This document shows, in pieces, positions 26,001 to 39,500 of a stretch of 50,662 nucleotides of DNA. Position 1 is the stretch's first letter; the number at the start of each line of letters is the position of its first letter. Made by a program: the position numbers and the translations under genes. The DNA is from Girardia tigrina. Its lineage: Eukaryota. The stretch is taken from assembly GCA_001938485.1 (NCBI GenBank), contig MQRK01220489.1, forward strand, positions 8,755 to 59,416, given 5' to 3'. The notes beneath the pieces were generated by a model. That model was not told the origin of the DNA, did not search any database, and saw only the letters and a program-made list of their open reading frames with translations.

Positions 26001-29000
26001 TTACTTAATAAATCAATTAATGTAAAAAACAAATCTTTCTTCCTTTTTTGAAAGTATATATTAGTTATTATCTAATTTGATTACATAATATTCCTTTTAA
26101 TATATAATACCCACTACATTGTTAATTGTCTGAGAATGGCAATGGATAGTCCAAGGAATAACAGGATTTAAAACATAATTTAATCATTTTAACACATGAT
26201 TTAATCTTTTTAACAAATAAATTAATCTTTTTAACAAATAAATTAATCATTTTAACAAATAACTTAATCCTCGCGTACATTGCTATAAATGCAAATGTAT
26301 AAGTTTTAATTAACCTAAAATGACTATTCCAAATCACAAAAGGCAACTTTCTCAGGAATCACGAATCAAAATTATTGATTGGTTGGAATAGTCATTTTAG
26401 AGTAATTAAAACTTATACATTTGTATTTATAGCAATGTACTCGAAGATTAATTTATTTGTTAAAATGATTAATTTACTTGTTAAAAAGATTAATTTATTT
26501 GTTAAAAAGATTAAATCATGTGTTAAAATGATTAAATTGTGTTAAACCCTGTATATCGATATAAATTTAATAAATTTTACCTAGTGGCGTTTTTGATTAC
26601 AATATTAAACTAAACTACCGTTGACTTTTATGTTTTTCATCAAAAGTAATCTAGTTGCTTATTCAATTTGATAACCATTAACCCTACAATGCGCCGTGAT
26701 TCATATTCGAATCAACCATATTTTACCTCAATATCTTTTAATCACGTGATATTCTTTGAGTGTTTACATACTGTGAACCAAAAACATTGTCTATGGAATG
26801 ATAACTGCCCATAAAGTCATAGATGCAATATATTTTGTCAACAAAAATGACAGTTCAGTTTGTAATACTAATATTTTTTTTATGATAATTAAAAAAATTG
26901 CGCATTGTAGGGTTAAAAGATGATATTATTATCAATAAAAATGCCACCACCGACGATAATTATTTGGCACTATTTCTTGACAGTAATAATTGTTTCTTAT
27001 AATTTACAAGAGACAGTCATTGTCGTTTAATGTTTATAAGGTAACCTTAAAGAATATTTAAATGAATCATCTATAGACCCTGAAGGTAGACTAATAAACT
27101 AGTTCAAAATCTATGTTGAGTGAGAATATATGAACACTCTTGATCAAAGGAATATGTTCAACATTGATAACAACAATGTCGGACCTTCTCACTTGGGGAA
27201 TTTTTAAATACAAATATTTTTCTAATACTCATTTAACTTGACTGTCTGATTTCATACGTGTATTTAAGTACCTTAAATGTGAAAAATTACCATTTATTAA
27301 ATTAGTAAAGATTGTCGACATTTATTTAATATTATTTTGTTATTAACTGCTTTAGTTGTCATAATTCTTAATACTCATTAGTAATACAACAATTTGATAT
27401 AACTCAATTAAAAATGTCATCCATATTTTACACAATCGTGTTCAACAACTTTTAATATGAACTTAAAATATAAATTTAAAGCTCTTATTTATTCTTCTAT
27501 TTATATTTAAAATTGTTTTCTTTACTCTTGACACAAGTAATTGATAGCATCTTCAAAGATTCCATAGCAAATCATATATTAAAATGCTAATCATAATCCA
27601 TGACTTTCGTGTCGACTTTTCAATCCTTTCTTCTGTAGAACTTTTTCCTCTTTCAGAGTTTTGAATATGTAAATTATATTTATCATATTATTTAAACAGA
27701 ATTTCAATTATTAACTAAAACAATTTAAAAAACAGTGGTAAATGATTCAAATACAAAATTAAGAACGTCAATTAAATTTTGAATTTTTAAATGGCGTTCT
27801 TAATTTTAATAAAAATATTTGTTAATTTATACTAAAATATATATTAAATATTTATATTTTAAATAAGTTGCAAAATTTTGGTTGTTGTTTAAACGTTATT
27901 GATTTGCTTTTAGGAGAAATTCGAAAAGTAAAAAGAATCAAGTTTTCGAGTCTTGTTCATTTTTATTTGAAACAAATTGAAAACATGTTTGTGAAAGCCC
28001 AAAAGCAAATATAACCCTGTTAATTGAAATGACAAATTTAGATTTAAATGTCAGTAGTTAGGGAGTAGTAGTAATTTGAGGATGGAGATCAGTTAAAATA
28101 GTAAATACGACTGTTTCGATTGTTCGGCCGGAATTAAAAGATCTTATTAAAATTAGGATTACATTCATGGCCAATACACAGATTTTTGAAACTATTCGAA
28201 TACAACAGTCTCTTTGGAGTCGAATTACTTTTGTCTCAGAGACTTCGTTGACCGGCGAGGATTCAGCGACAATAGCTGAGAGAATAGCGGAGGCACCTGT
28301 AATGTCTCTTAATGAACGGCAATCTTACGATAAACAAGTATTTTAATTTTATCCAGAAACTTCCATGTGTTATTTTTATGCAGTCTTTCTATTTCTCTTT
28401 CACCTCTTTAAAATCTATCCATTAATCTATTTATTATTAAATAGAAACATATTCATCTTGAAATAATATAGACCAGTGTTTCCCAAAGTGGGGCGTACGC
28501 CCCACCGGGGGGGGGGAAATTCATTTTAGGGGACATTTTAAAATTTCCTGCTACTGGATTTGATGAAGACAGTTTACCATGATTTAAATTAATACTAAGC
28601 AACTTTTAACTTAATTCAAATAAAAATAGAAATTAATAAACATATAATTTAAAACTATTTATTGTCTATTGAAAATATGATATGCACTAAAAATTCCGTT
28701 CAATCAAAAACAAATTAAATGCAAGATAATTTCTATTGTCCATATTCTGCCAATTAGATTTGACACATTTGACGTTACTAAGAGAAACAAAAAAATTTAT
28801 TTAACATATATCGTCTGCTCGGTGGGCGTTTTTGTTTATACTCATAATTTTTTGAGTAAGTTGGGGTTTATTTTTATTCCTTTAGATTTTATAAAGATAA
28901 AAAATTAATGTTTTAAACAAAAATTGTTTGCAATTGGTTGACGTAATCATTGTCTATATTATAGACAAAAGTGTTACAAAACATTCAAATTTTCTGTGCA

Positions 29001-32000
29001 AATATCAATTATAATAATTATTATAAAGCAACAATATCTAAATTAAAACTTAATGAAACATTTGTACTGAATCAATGGAATTAGTGAAGCTTGAATAAGG
29101 TTCATTCAAAGAGTGACATTCACTGGCCATTGTGTTATCAAGGATTTGATAAAATAAAACGTAACTTCAAATTAAGTAAAATATCTTTCGGATTTCACGT
29201 AATTCTCTAACGTCAGAAGATGTATCGATGAGTCTCAATGAGTTTACCTAAGAGAGATTCGAAGAAGACGTTTAGGAAGCTTTAAAAGCAAATCCAAACA
29301 ATAATTACGGACATATTTGGGCTTGAAAGTAACCAACTGTAAAATATTATGCAGTAATTATTCGGTGATGTCTATCGAGACAGCAGATAAATCTCGGGGA
29401 TCTGTAAATATAAATTAAAAAACTTTGGGCACAAATTGAGAGCAGATGACCAACAAGACAAGTCACGTAGAAAATAATTATGATTTCAGGTAACAACCAA
29501 ATCTAACATTTGAACACAAACGTAATTTAGTGTATTAGTGTGAGAACTTTGTACATTTACTCACATCCCATGGATATTATCGCGAGTAAACGGCTTACTT
29601 TCCACAGTAAGACGGAAACTTCAGAGGAGTACGAGACAATCAAATGAATCTGGAAGGGAGAAATACAAATGGGGAAAAAGNNNNNNNNNNNNNNNNNNNN
29701 NNNNNNNNNNNNNNNNNNNNNNNNNNNNNNNNNNNNNNNNNNNNNNNNNNNNNNNNNNNNNNNNNNNNNNNNNNNNNNNNNNNNNNNNNNNNNNNNNNNN
29801 NNNNNNNNNNNNNNNNNNNNNNNNNNNNNNNNNNNNNNNNNNNNNNNNNNNNNNNNNNNNNNNNNNNNNNNNNNNNNNNNNNNNNNNNNNNNNNNNNNNN
29901 NNNNNNNNNNNNNNNNNNNNNNNNNNNNNNNNNNNNNNNNNNNNNNNNNNNNNNNNNNNNNNNNNNNNNNNNNNNNNNNNNNNNNNNNNNNNNNNNNNNN
30001 NNNNNNNNNNNNNNNNNNNNNNNNNNNNNNNNNNNNNNNNNNNNNNNNNNNNNNNNNNNNNNNNNNNNNNNNNNNNNNNNNNNNNNNNNNNNNNNNNNNN
30101 NNNNNNNNNNNNNNNNNNNNNNNNNNNNNNNNNNNNNNNNNNNNNNNNNNNNNNNNNNNNNNNNNNNNNNNNNNNNNNNNNNNNNNNNNNNNNNNNNNNN
30201 NNNNNNNNNNNNNNNNNNNNNNNNNNNNNNNNNNNNNNNNNNNNNNNNNNNNNNNNNNNNNNNNNNNNNNNNNNNNNNNNNNNNNNNNNNNNNNNNNNNN
30301 NNNNNNNNNNNNNNNNNNNNNNNNNNNNNNNNNNNNNNNNNNNNNNNNNNNNNNNNNNNNNNNNNNNNNNNNNNNNNNNNNNNNNNNNNNNNNNNNNNNN
30401 NNNNNNNNNNNNNNNNNNNNNNNNNNNNNNNNNNNNNNNNNNNNNNNNNNNNNNNNNNNNNNNNNNNNNAACTATCCGACCCCGTAGGAGGCCTATCGGG
30501 GGGCTGCTAGTGATTCTTTAGTTTGGGTGGACCCTCTAAAGAGCCTAAAGGCTCAATACCATTCGAAAGAGATGGGAGGCCCACATTTACTCTAGCATCT
30601 ACATAACTAAATTGAACGATTGTCTTTTACTATCTCTGAGTCGCGTCTTCTTCTGCTTATTTATTCTACATTGATATTATAACAAAAAAAGTTTTGCGAT
30701 TTTATTTATTTATTAATGAGTTTAGAAGTTATTGGAAGGAGAAGAAAAAAATATTTTCACACTAAATAAGAATGGTATTAATGATAAATAATAGTTTGAA
30801 GAATACAATAAATTTTCTTTTCTTTTGTCAAATGTTTTATAATCAGTTAAATGATTTTTTATGAATAAATATGCATGACCATCTTTCAATCTCGGGATAC
30901 CGAAGTAAGAATTCCAAATAGTTCTCCTAAAAAAAGACTGTCTATTTGTTCTTCATGTTTACAAACAAATAAATCAAGGCGCTTTGTCGATAATGCGGTA
31001 TTGGAATGGGGAGGACTTACTAATTGATACCCAACAATCCCTTGAGGGGAACATAATTTATTAAGAGATAATAAAGTTGGGAAGTTTGATTAAGCGTCTA
31101 ATCAGATTTCTCAACTCCAGGACAAAAAATATATATCAGGATTGATAATTACTCTAGGACACTTTTCAAGATATTATATATTACAACGATACTAGAATTA
31201 TTTTATTGTATCATATTCAATAAATGAAGTAGAATAGGGGCTTTAAGCAAAAAACAAATAAAAACTCCACTTATTTTGGAAACTTATTCAGGACGAAATC
31301 TCAAATTATCTTTAAAAGATAGAGTTATGACAAGGACGAACATTTTGAAAAGACAAACAGTTTGAAATATAAAATTCTAATCAGAAGTAAAGGTCATTTG
31401 AAATTATTTAGTAAAAAGAATTCAGAATAACAAAAAATAAAAAAAGACTACAAAATAATTGAGAAGAATTTTGGGAAAATTAAATATTAAAATTGAAAAA
31501 CAATCGTTCAGGTTTAAAGTCCATAGAATTTAAATAAAAGTGTTTCTCCAAACAAAATTCAATACTAGTTGTTTAAATATTCAGACAGCAATTCGGAAAT
31601 TTGAAAATTGATATTATTTGAAGATTCGTCATTGCATGTTCTATTAAATCAAATTTGAATAAGTGTGTGATGGAATTTTGTTTTCAACCAAGTGATGTTT
31701 CCACTACATCTAACAGATAGCATTGAAAATTGATGAACTCTTAGATAAGCTTCGATATTGGATACTGTATCACAACTTACAGCCATAATTAATTGGCAAT
31801 TTCTAGTCCGAAAGGGAGTTCAAGAAAATCTAATAAACAAGTCGTCCTTACAAAAAAAGTGTACGAAAACAGTATGCCAACGGAGTGGGACAAGTCTTAA
31901 TTAAATATAGATTGTAAAGAGAAGAAAAAAAAGTATAAATGACAAATAAATAAACCAAAGTTAAAATGTTTTAAAAACAATGTTATATTTTTCGTAACTT

Positions 32001-33553
32001 CTTAACTGTTTCCGAATATTTTTATTCTGCTTTGATTTATTAGCTTGTCCATCAACTAACATATACTATTATTTGTACCTTTATTTTCTTCTCTTTCTTA
32101 AGAAAACAAGCGATGCTAGAATGTAATATATCACATTTTTGATTTAATCTTATATACCAACCTTTTGCTCATTTGAATGTTCTAGACTCATTAAAAAATT
32201 CTATTATATACATGGTTGTAAAGTAAGTTTTGACAGTCATAAATTAATATATAGTTTCGCATAATGATGTATGTAGTAGTGACATTCAAGAAATAGCGAT
32301 ATTTAAATTTGTATTTTACTCGTCAAAAGATAAAATAAAGATAACTTAGCATTTGATGATGAAACAACCAACGAATACACCTGATCGCGATAGGTAGCTA
32401 AATAAAAAACTTCGATTTGCTCGAGAAAAACGTTTCAGACGATCATCTTTTGATTCGAATATCCAAATATAAAATCAATTTCATATGTAGAATTTTCTTT
32501 ACCAATGATTATTTCTCGCGTAGCCATTCTGCCGATTGTAATTCAAATGGTGAAGCGATATCTTCACTAATAACACACCGTTTCACACATCCGATCAATC
32601 CGTCCAAAAAAATCACGCCATCAGTTTCACTGTCTTATTCTCCCGGCCTGACACCATCGGACTTCTATTTTTTATTCCCACTGAAATATGCGATTAACGG
32701 AAAGAATTATTCATCTGCAGAAATTCAAGGAGAAGTGGATTATTGGGTTGCCATGTAGCCATAGAATTTCTTTAATTTTCCTATCATACTTCGAGTATCA
32801 TGGTACCACTGTTAACTGAGAACTTCTATTTTGGTTGAATAAATCTCTTATACAGGACAAAACTGCAACATTGCAACGCTGTACGCCCCATTTTTTATCG
32901 AAAACATTGGGTTGTTTACATCACCATCTTCTAATTATCCCTCACAGGGTTTTCTTTATAGCCATTTTTTTCAGATGTACATCCAAAAATTCAGCTATTT
33001 ATAGGTAAAGCACACTGCTATTCCACCCACTCTCTCTTCCTCTCGCACATACACGCTCGTACACAAGGTCCTTTATAATTGTATACTTATTTAATAAGTA
33101 TAAGACATTCTTTTGTTCTTAACCCTTTAAATCCCGTGTGCATGTGTTATGTAACAATTTTTGAGTAAAAATAAATGTTATACTGTACACCCAGCTGGAA
33201 ACCTTAAAAAAAACCTTGATTCATTATCATATTTTCAAAGTATTTTAAAAAATTTGAAAATTTTTCAAGAAAAATTGAAAATTTTTCTTCCATTCTAAGA
33301 TCAATTTGGAAGACTTTCGTCATCAATTTTTAAAAATGCCAATATTAAACATATTTGTATTATTTGTTCCAAACAGTCTTTCTTACAACACCCGATCAAT
33401 TCTAGAGTGCCACATCTTTTGAACGAATGACGAATACACAAAATGAATAGAAAAATTAAGATTTTAAGACATTTGTGGCGATTTGACCGTAAACGATATT
33501 TTATTTTAATTTCGAATGTATTTTTCCATTCTTTTTATTAGCTTACTTTCTAT

Positions 33554-33589
<36 letters not shown>

Positions 33590-36500
33590 GTATCCATGGA
33601 ATTTAGAAATATATTTTAGAATGCCTTCTACCTAATCAATTTTCTCCAATCTTTGCACAATCACTCATTCTTGATTACAATAAATGATTATGTAAAAATT
33701 GATCGAAAAAACTTTTTAAGATCCCAAAATGGGAAAAAATAGAAAATTTGGAGATCCCGAACAATATTACGAGGGTAAGTGGAAATACTTATATGCGGGT
33801 GTGCGCGTGTGTGTGCATCTTACAGAGGGACAGATGGCGTGGTGGCGTGATGTACTTACCAGCCAATAGAAATCGAGCAAAAGTGGCATTGGTCCATGCA
33901 ACATGTGAGCAGCATAGAGGAAACTGTCATAGACAGTGTAACACATGGAAAACGCAGTACGTTCTCAGCGTGCCATCATCTTTTTCTTTTGGAAAGAGGA
34001 TACTCCATTGTCTGACATTGTGCACCGCTTATCAAATGTGTTTCAAGGAAGAGCCCTGCAAAAGTCTTCCGTCTACAATTAGATGCATCAATTCGAAAAT
34101 GGACGTGAATTCTTGGACGACGAAATTCTTTGACAGTGGCATGAAGGCATTAGTGAAGCGTTGGAATAAGTGCATTCGCATTTCTGGTGAGTATCTTGAA
34201 AAGTTTGACAGTGATGAGGATGATTAATGACATTATATTCCTTCAATAAATGCTTTCTTGTGGTGTCGTCTCCCTTTTTCCCACTTACTTTCGGAACGCC
34301 CCTCGTAATTGCAAGATATCTACTTATAAATTATAAGTAGTTTATATTAATTTTTAATGTGTTTTTTTAATAAATTTTAAAATCCTTGTTGGCAAAGTAG
34401 AGAGTTCTGTCTGCATAAAGAATGGATATAAAAATTTAATTTTTTGCTTTACTAGTTTTTACTAAATCTATCCTTGACGTGTAAATATTATTCGGTATTT
34501 ATTTATTAAAGTACTTATTAGCATAATAATAGATGGGAATAAAATATTTTTATTATAAATAAAAATAACAAAATATAAATTATAAAATTTGGGGAATGTA
34601 ATTTCTATTTATTGTTAATATTCCTTTGAATGAGCACTGAGACATGAATATGATATTACAACAATTATTCGTCAGACAATAAATGCCCATCAACACATGA
34701 ATCATTTGAACCATCTCAATCACTGTTTTTTTACAAATGAGTAAATTAAATTGACTCATTCACGCAATAAAGTTGATAAAGGTTGACCTATTTATGTGAA
34801 TTTCATAGACTTTAGAGCAATGTGCTAAGGGTTGTTATCATTATTAATCATTAATTTGGTCATGAATCAGGTTAAGTTATCGTAAGACAGACAATATAAC
34901 GTACCATGTGATAGGTACCACTTGCTCAAACCGCCTGTACGCAAGGTGCTGCAGTCTCAATATGCGTTCAGCCTGCAACTGAAAGAGAGACTTGTCTGAT
35001 GGCAAGCCGACTTTGTACATGCCTTTCGGATAGTTGACTCCAAGTCTGGTTCCTGCTCCCCCAGCCATGAGAATTGCGCAATATTCGCCTCTTGAAATGT
35101 ACTCCAAACCTTAAAATAACCATATTTAAAATCATTCTTACTAGTGTTTTTGTGATGTCAAAAATTATAATACGTTTGTTTTTAAATGACGAATTGCTTG
35201 AAACTAAATATATTTTTTATTCGGTGTTAATAAATCAACATTGGAATGAATTTTCAGATCAATTGAGGATGTTATCGTTTTTACTTTTATGCTTACAATA
35301 TTATCGGATAAAGTAATAAAATACAAAAACGATAAACATGCTTTCCATGTTGATGTCCATTACAATTCGTACAGCTTCAAGCCTGATTTTCATGCTTTGT
35401 GCAATTATCTTTGTATATTAAATGTATCTAAGACGTCATTTATCGAACCTCCGACACTTCCTCGATTACAAGATGAGCAAAGATATATCAGTAATGGATA
35501 AAGGTCGAACACGTATTTTTTAGATTTTAAAAACTTTAATAATAAAATTAACAAATGATAGAAGAATGGAAACAATTGAGTAGAAAAAGATACTGATAAC
35601 TTAGTTCCTGTATAAAAATTATTAAATAATTTACATAACTAAAAAAATAATAAAGTCAAAAATATATCTACTAGCAAAAATTTGTGAAAAAAATGTTCTC
35701 AAAATGCATAGAATAATGTTTATCTGTGTTGTAACAATAATTTTAAGTAAACCGAGGCGAATATTTTTAATTTTGTGGCCCCCAGCTCATGTCACAAAAT
35801 ATTAAGACAGAAGCATTTTAGAAGGTCCTGGAACGCAGATAGTACCTTCATACTGTTAGTCCAACTGGGGATCGTCACAGTACTTTTCAACATGATAACA
35901 TGCATCATCACAATATCAGCCATACACCAGATTAGGATCTATATCCTTGTAAGTGGATTCCTAGCCTACTGGTAATACAATTTTCTGTCGGCTAGCTCTC
36001 AGACGCTTTCGCAAAGAGACAGACATAAACCCTCATTTTAGTTTCCCAGGCTCGCACAAGTTATTAATGTAACATTTATAACATAATGTTATAAGGAGGT
36101 AAATTTACTCTTGACTACAAGTATAAAAAAGTCAGGAAACGTTTCATTGAGATAATGACTGACCGGCCTTATTGAAAATAAAAGTCATCTGCATCAGGCA
36201 GTTATTGTAAGTGCAGAACAACTTGATTCATTAGGATTCTAGATACTTATTAGTATGACTGTTCCAAAAAATTACAGGTCCTAAAATACTCATGTAGAAG
36301 AAATCAGAAAAAAATAAAGAAAATGTACTCAGAAATTTCTTCTACATGAGTATTTTAGGACCCGTAATTTTATGGAACAGTCATACGAATAAGTATCTTG
36401 AATCCTAATGAATCAAGTTGTTCTGTACTTACANNNNNNNNNNNNNNNNNNNNNNNNNNNNNNNNNNNNNNNNNNNNNNNNNNNNNNNNNNNNNNNNNNN

Positions 36501-39500
36501 NNNNNNNNNNNNNNNNNNNNNNNNNNNNNNNNNNNNNNNNNNNNNNNNNNNNNNNNNNNNNNTTGTGAATGGTGTTTATTGTGTGTTGTTTGGTATGTTG
36601 TTTTAGGATTTTGTTTCTCCTACCAAGATGGAAGATTGATATTTTAAATGTTTTAAAACGTCGGGTTGTTTAATCAAGTATTAAAATTTAAATAATCACT
36701 TTAAAATTAAACTAATATTTCATAAATAATATTTTAATAATATTTTCTTAAAATAAATAAAAAATATTTCAAATTTCAAGTATAAATTATTTTTGTAATA
36801 ATTAAATTGTAATTTAAATTTGTTTGAATAATAAGACGTTAAATAATATTAGTAAAGATTATCAATCAAGAACGATGACGAGCTACGCAAGTTTTACAGA
36901 GAATTGTTCTAGTGACAATTCAAATTGTGATATAAATAAATGTAAAGAAAACCCAATTAATGTTCTTAATAATAATAACAATAATAATAGTAACAACAAA
37001 AATAGTAATAATACAAAGATCATTCCAAGTGATAAAATGGTATTTTAAAAGGACTTTGCATATGATAATACACGTGTCAAAAACATTTTCACACGGAGGG
37101 GGATCATGACGCAATCTCTGAAAAATATTAATCATTATTTATAATGCTCAAAATCACCATTCTTGTTAAATAAAAAACGTTTTTTGAGATAAAATTATCA
37201 TTTGATTCAATGTGTTCAAGTCTCGCCTACAATCACAAATAAATGAGTCCATGATGGCCATGTGTTACTACAAACAAATTCTGATTTGGACACATCCAAA
37301 TAAGAGCACATTTACCGAAATATTATTTATTAATTTATAGGAAATAAAGATTTTAAACTTAAAAAATATTATTATTATATTAATTGAATCAGTTCAAAAC
37401 GTAAGTTATTCCCATCCAAATGTCTGCTCCATAAATACTGTTACAAATATAATATTAATTGAAACTTTTTCGGACTTTAAAAATGTTAACTTAATAAAGT
37501 AAAATAATAAAATAAATCCTAACAATAATCTAAATATTCAAAATCGTATTAAAATTATATATAAAACTAGGAAAAATCATTTCTTACCAATTTCATTATA
37601 CATCTCCAATTGTTCTGGAGTGCTGTCGTTCCAACTGCCACAAACCTCTGCAGGGGGTGGCTCCAAATCGTCATCCACAATTTCTTTTCGATTCAATGCC
37701 GAAATCTATTAATTTATGTTATTTTATTTAAAGTTTTAGAGAAAGATTTTCATTACTCTACAAACTTCAAATTCCAAATAACAACAAAACAATAATCAAA
37801 CAAAACTGATATTTTTAATATAAAATATCCTGGAAATAAACGACTAAATAAAACATCAAAACACAGTAAATGATAATAAATGTTTCTTTTATATTTATGA
37901 AAATATTTACCAAAAATAATTATGAAAAAAGGAAAATCTTAACTTGTCAATTGTCTGAAGATTGAATTTAATACTTCGTCGTAAAAGAATTATTTTTTCA
38001 ATTGAAAATTTTGAGCTTTTAAGACAGGTATTTATACTAACTAAAAGTCAAACACTTCAATACCTCAACAAAGCGACTTATTTATAAATATTTGCTATTG
38101 TTTGAGCTCATTCTTCATAGTAAATAATTAATTTTAATGATAATATGTACTTAAAATCTTTTATCACCAAACGAGGTCTATTCAAAAAAGTCTATTCAAT
38201 ACCTAATTTAGGTAAACTAAAAATTAATTGGAAACTTTGCGAAACCTTTGCCCGATGATCATATTTTCGAAAAATCATTAACTAAAATTATAGGTTGATG
38301 ATAAAGTTCGTATGACGTGTTAAGACAACGTTACGACCAGAAGAAAAAGCAACTCAAGTACCAATCGTCGATCCAAATGATGCTTCGATAGGAGAGTTAG
38401 AAGCGAGTCCTTTAGAAACCCATCTGCAATACCGCCTTATAGATCTAACTGTGAGAAGAACCTTCAGATGCTCGTTTCGCGGCTGTGTAAAGTCCACGTA
38501 CACAGCCAAAGGGATGCAGAATCATGGGACTACTATCCATGACTGGTCGTTTCTGACTGGATTGCCAAAGCATGCGTGGAAGCGAAAGGCTGACGTCCCT
38601 GTAGGAGGCCTATTGAAGACCTTATATACTCATTTGGTTTGGGTGGACCATCTAAAGAGCCTATAGGCTCAATACCATTCTTGAAAGAGATGGGAGGCCC
38701 GCGACGTGTTAAAATAATGCTATTGGGTTTATTTTTATTTTTAGATGTCTAGTTATAAAATCTCAAATTTTGAGATTTAAGAAAGAATTCGATTTACAAA
38801 AACATATGATATTACCAAATTCGAAAACTTGAAGATACTTACCAGATGGTTGTGATCATTGATAATATTTATTTTAAATTTTAAATTGCACAGTAAATCA
38901 TTCTTTTAACATTTGCAAGAATTTTTTCTAAGTATATTGTTGTGTACCACAACATTTTCCTTTGTATAAAACAAATTTTCTTTCTTTCAAATAATCTCAC
39001 AAATATAACTTCAAATAAAACATCAAAAAATCCATTCGTTTCATGTAAAATTAATCTTTTGGTCTGTTGAAAAACTGTTCGTTTTTAATGTATAAAATTA
39101 TTTTTTAATGTATGAAAAAATCATTTCTGTTTAATGAAAAAAAATATTATACTTTGAAAACGATGTTGTTTTATTTTATTAACTAATTAAATACATGATT
39201 GAACAAGCGTTCGTTTTTTGTCAAATACTATAAACAATATCTTATCAATGATTGCTTGAAAAGCATTGCACGAACATGCCGCAAACGGCTACGTCCGATA
39301 AACGGAACGATCGACCCGGTGATCAAATCAACCGACCAACGTATCGGTCCGGTCAAAACCCGGGACGACTCAGGTCGAGTCGATAATCAATTTAATTAAA
39401 TTGCACAATATATATTATATATTTTTTTCATAATGAAAAGCTTTCTTTCATATGGAGTTTCATATGCAGTTGTAGAGTGATAGCTCTCCTGTCCTGAAGG

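Noticed and set aside
26180-26270. Regular 21-bp repeats as a possible CRISPR array
   Set aside because: No spacers, eukaryotic context, and the repeats are part of MITE arms.
35040-35070. GGAGTRLG instead of the common GGQGTRLG in UAP1
   Set aside because: That position is variable in the LxxGxGTxxxxxxPK signature, and the other catalytic motifs are intact.
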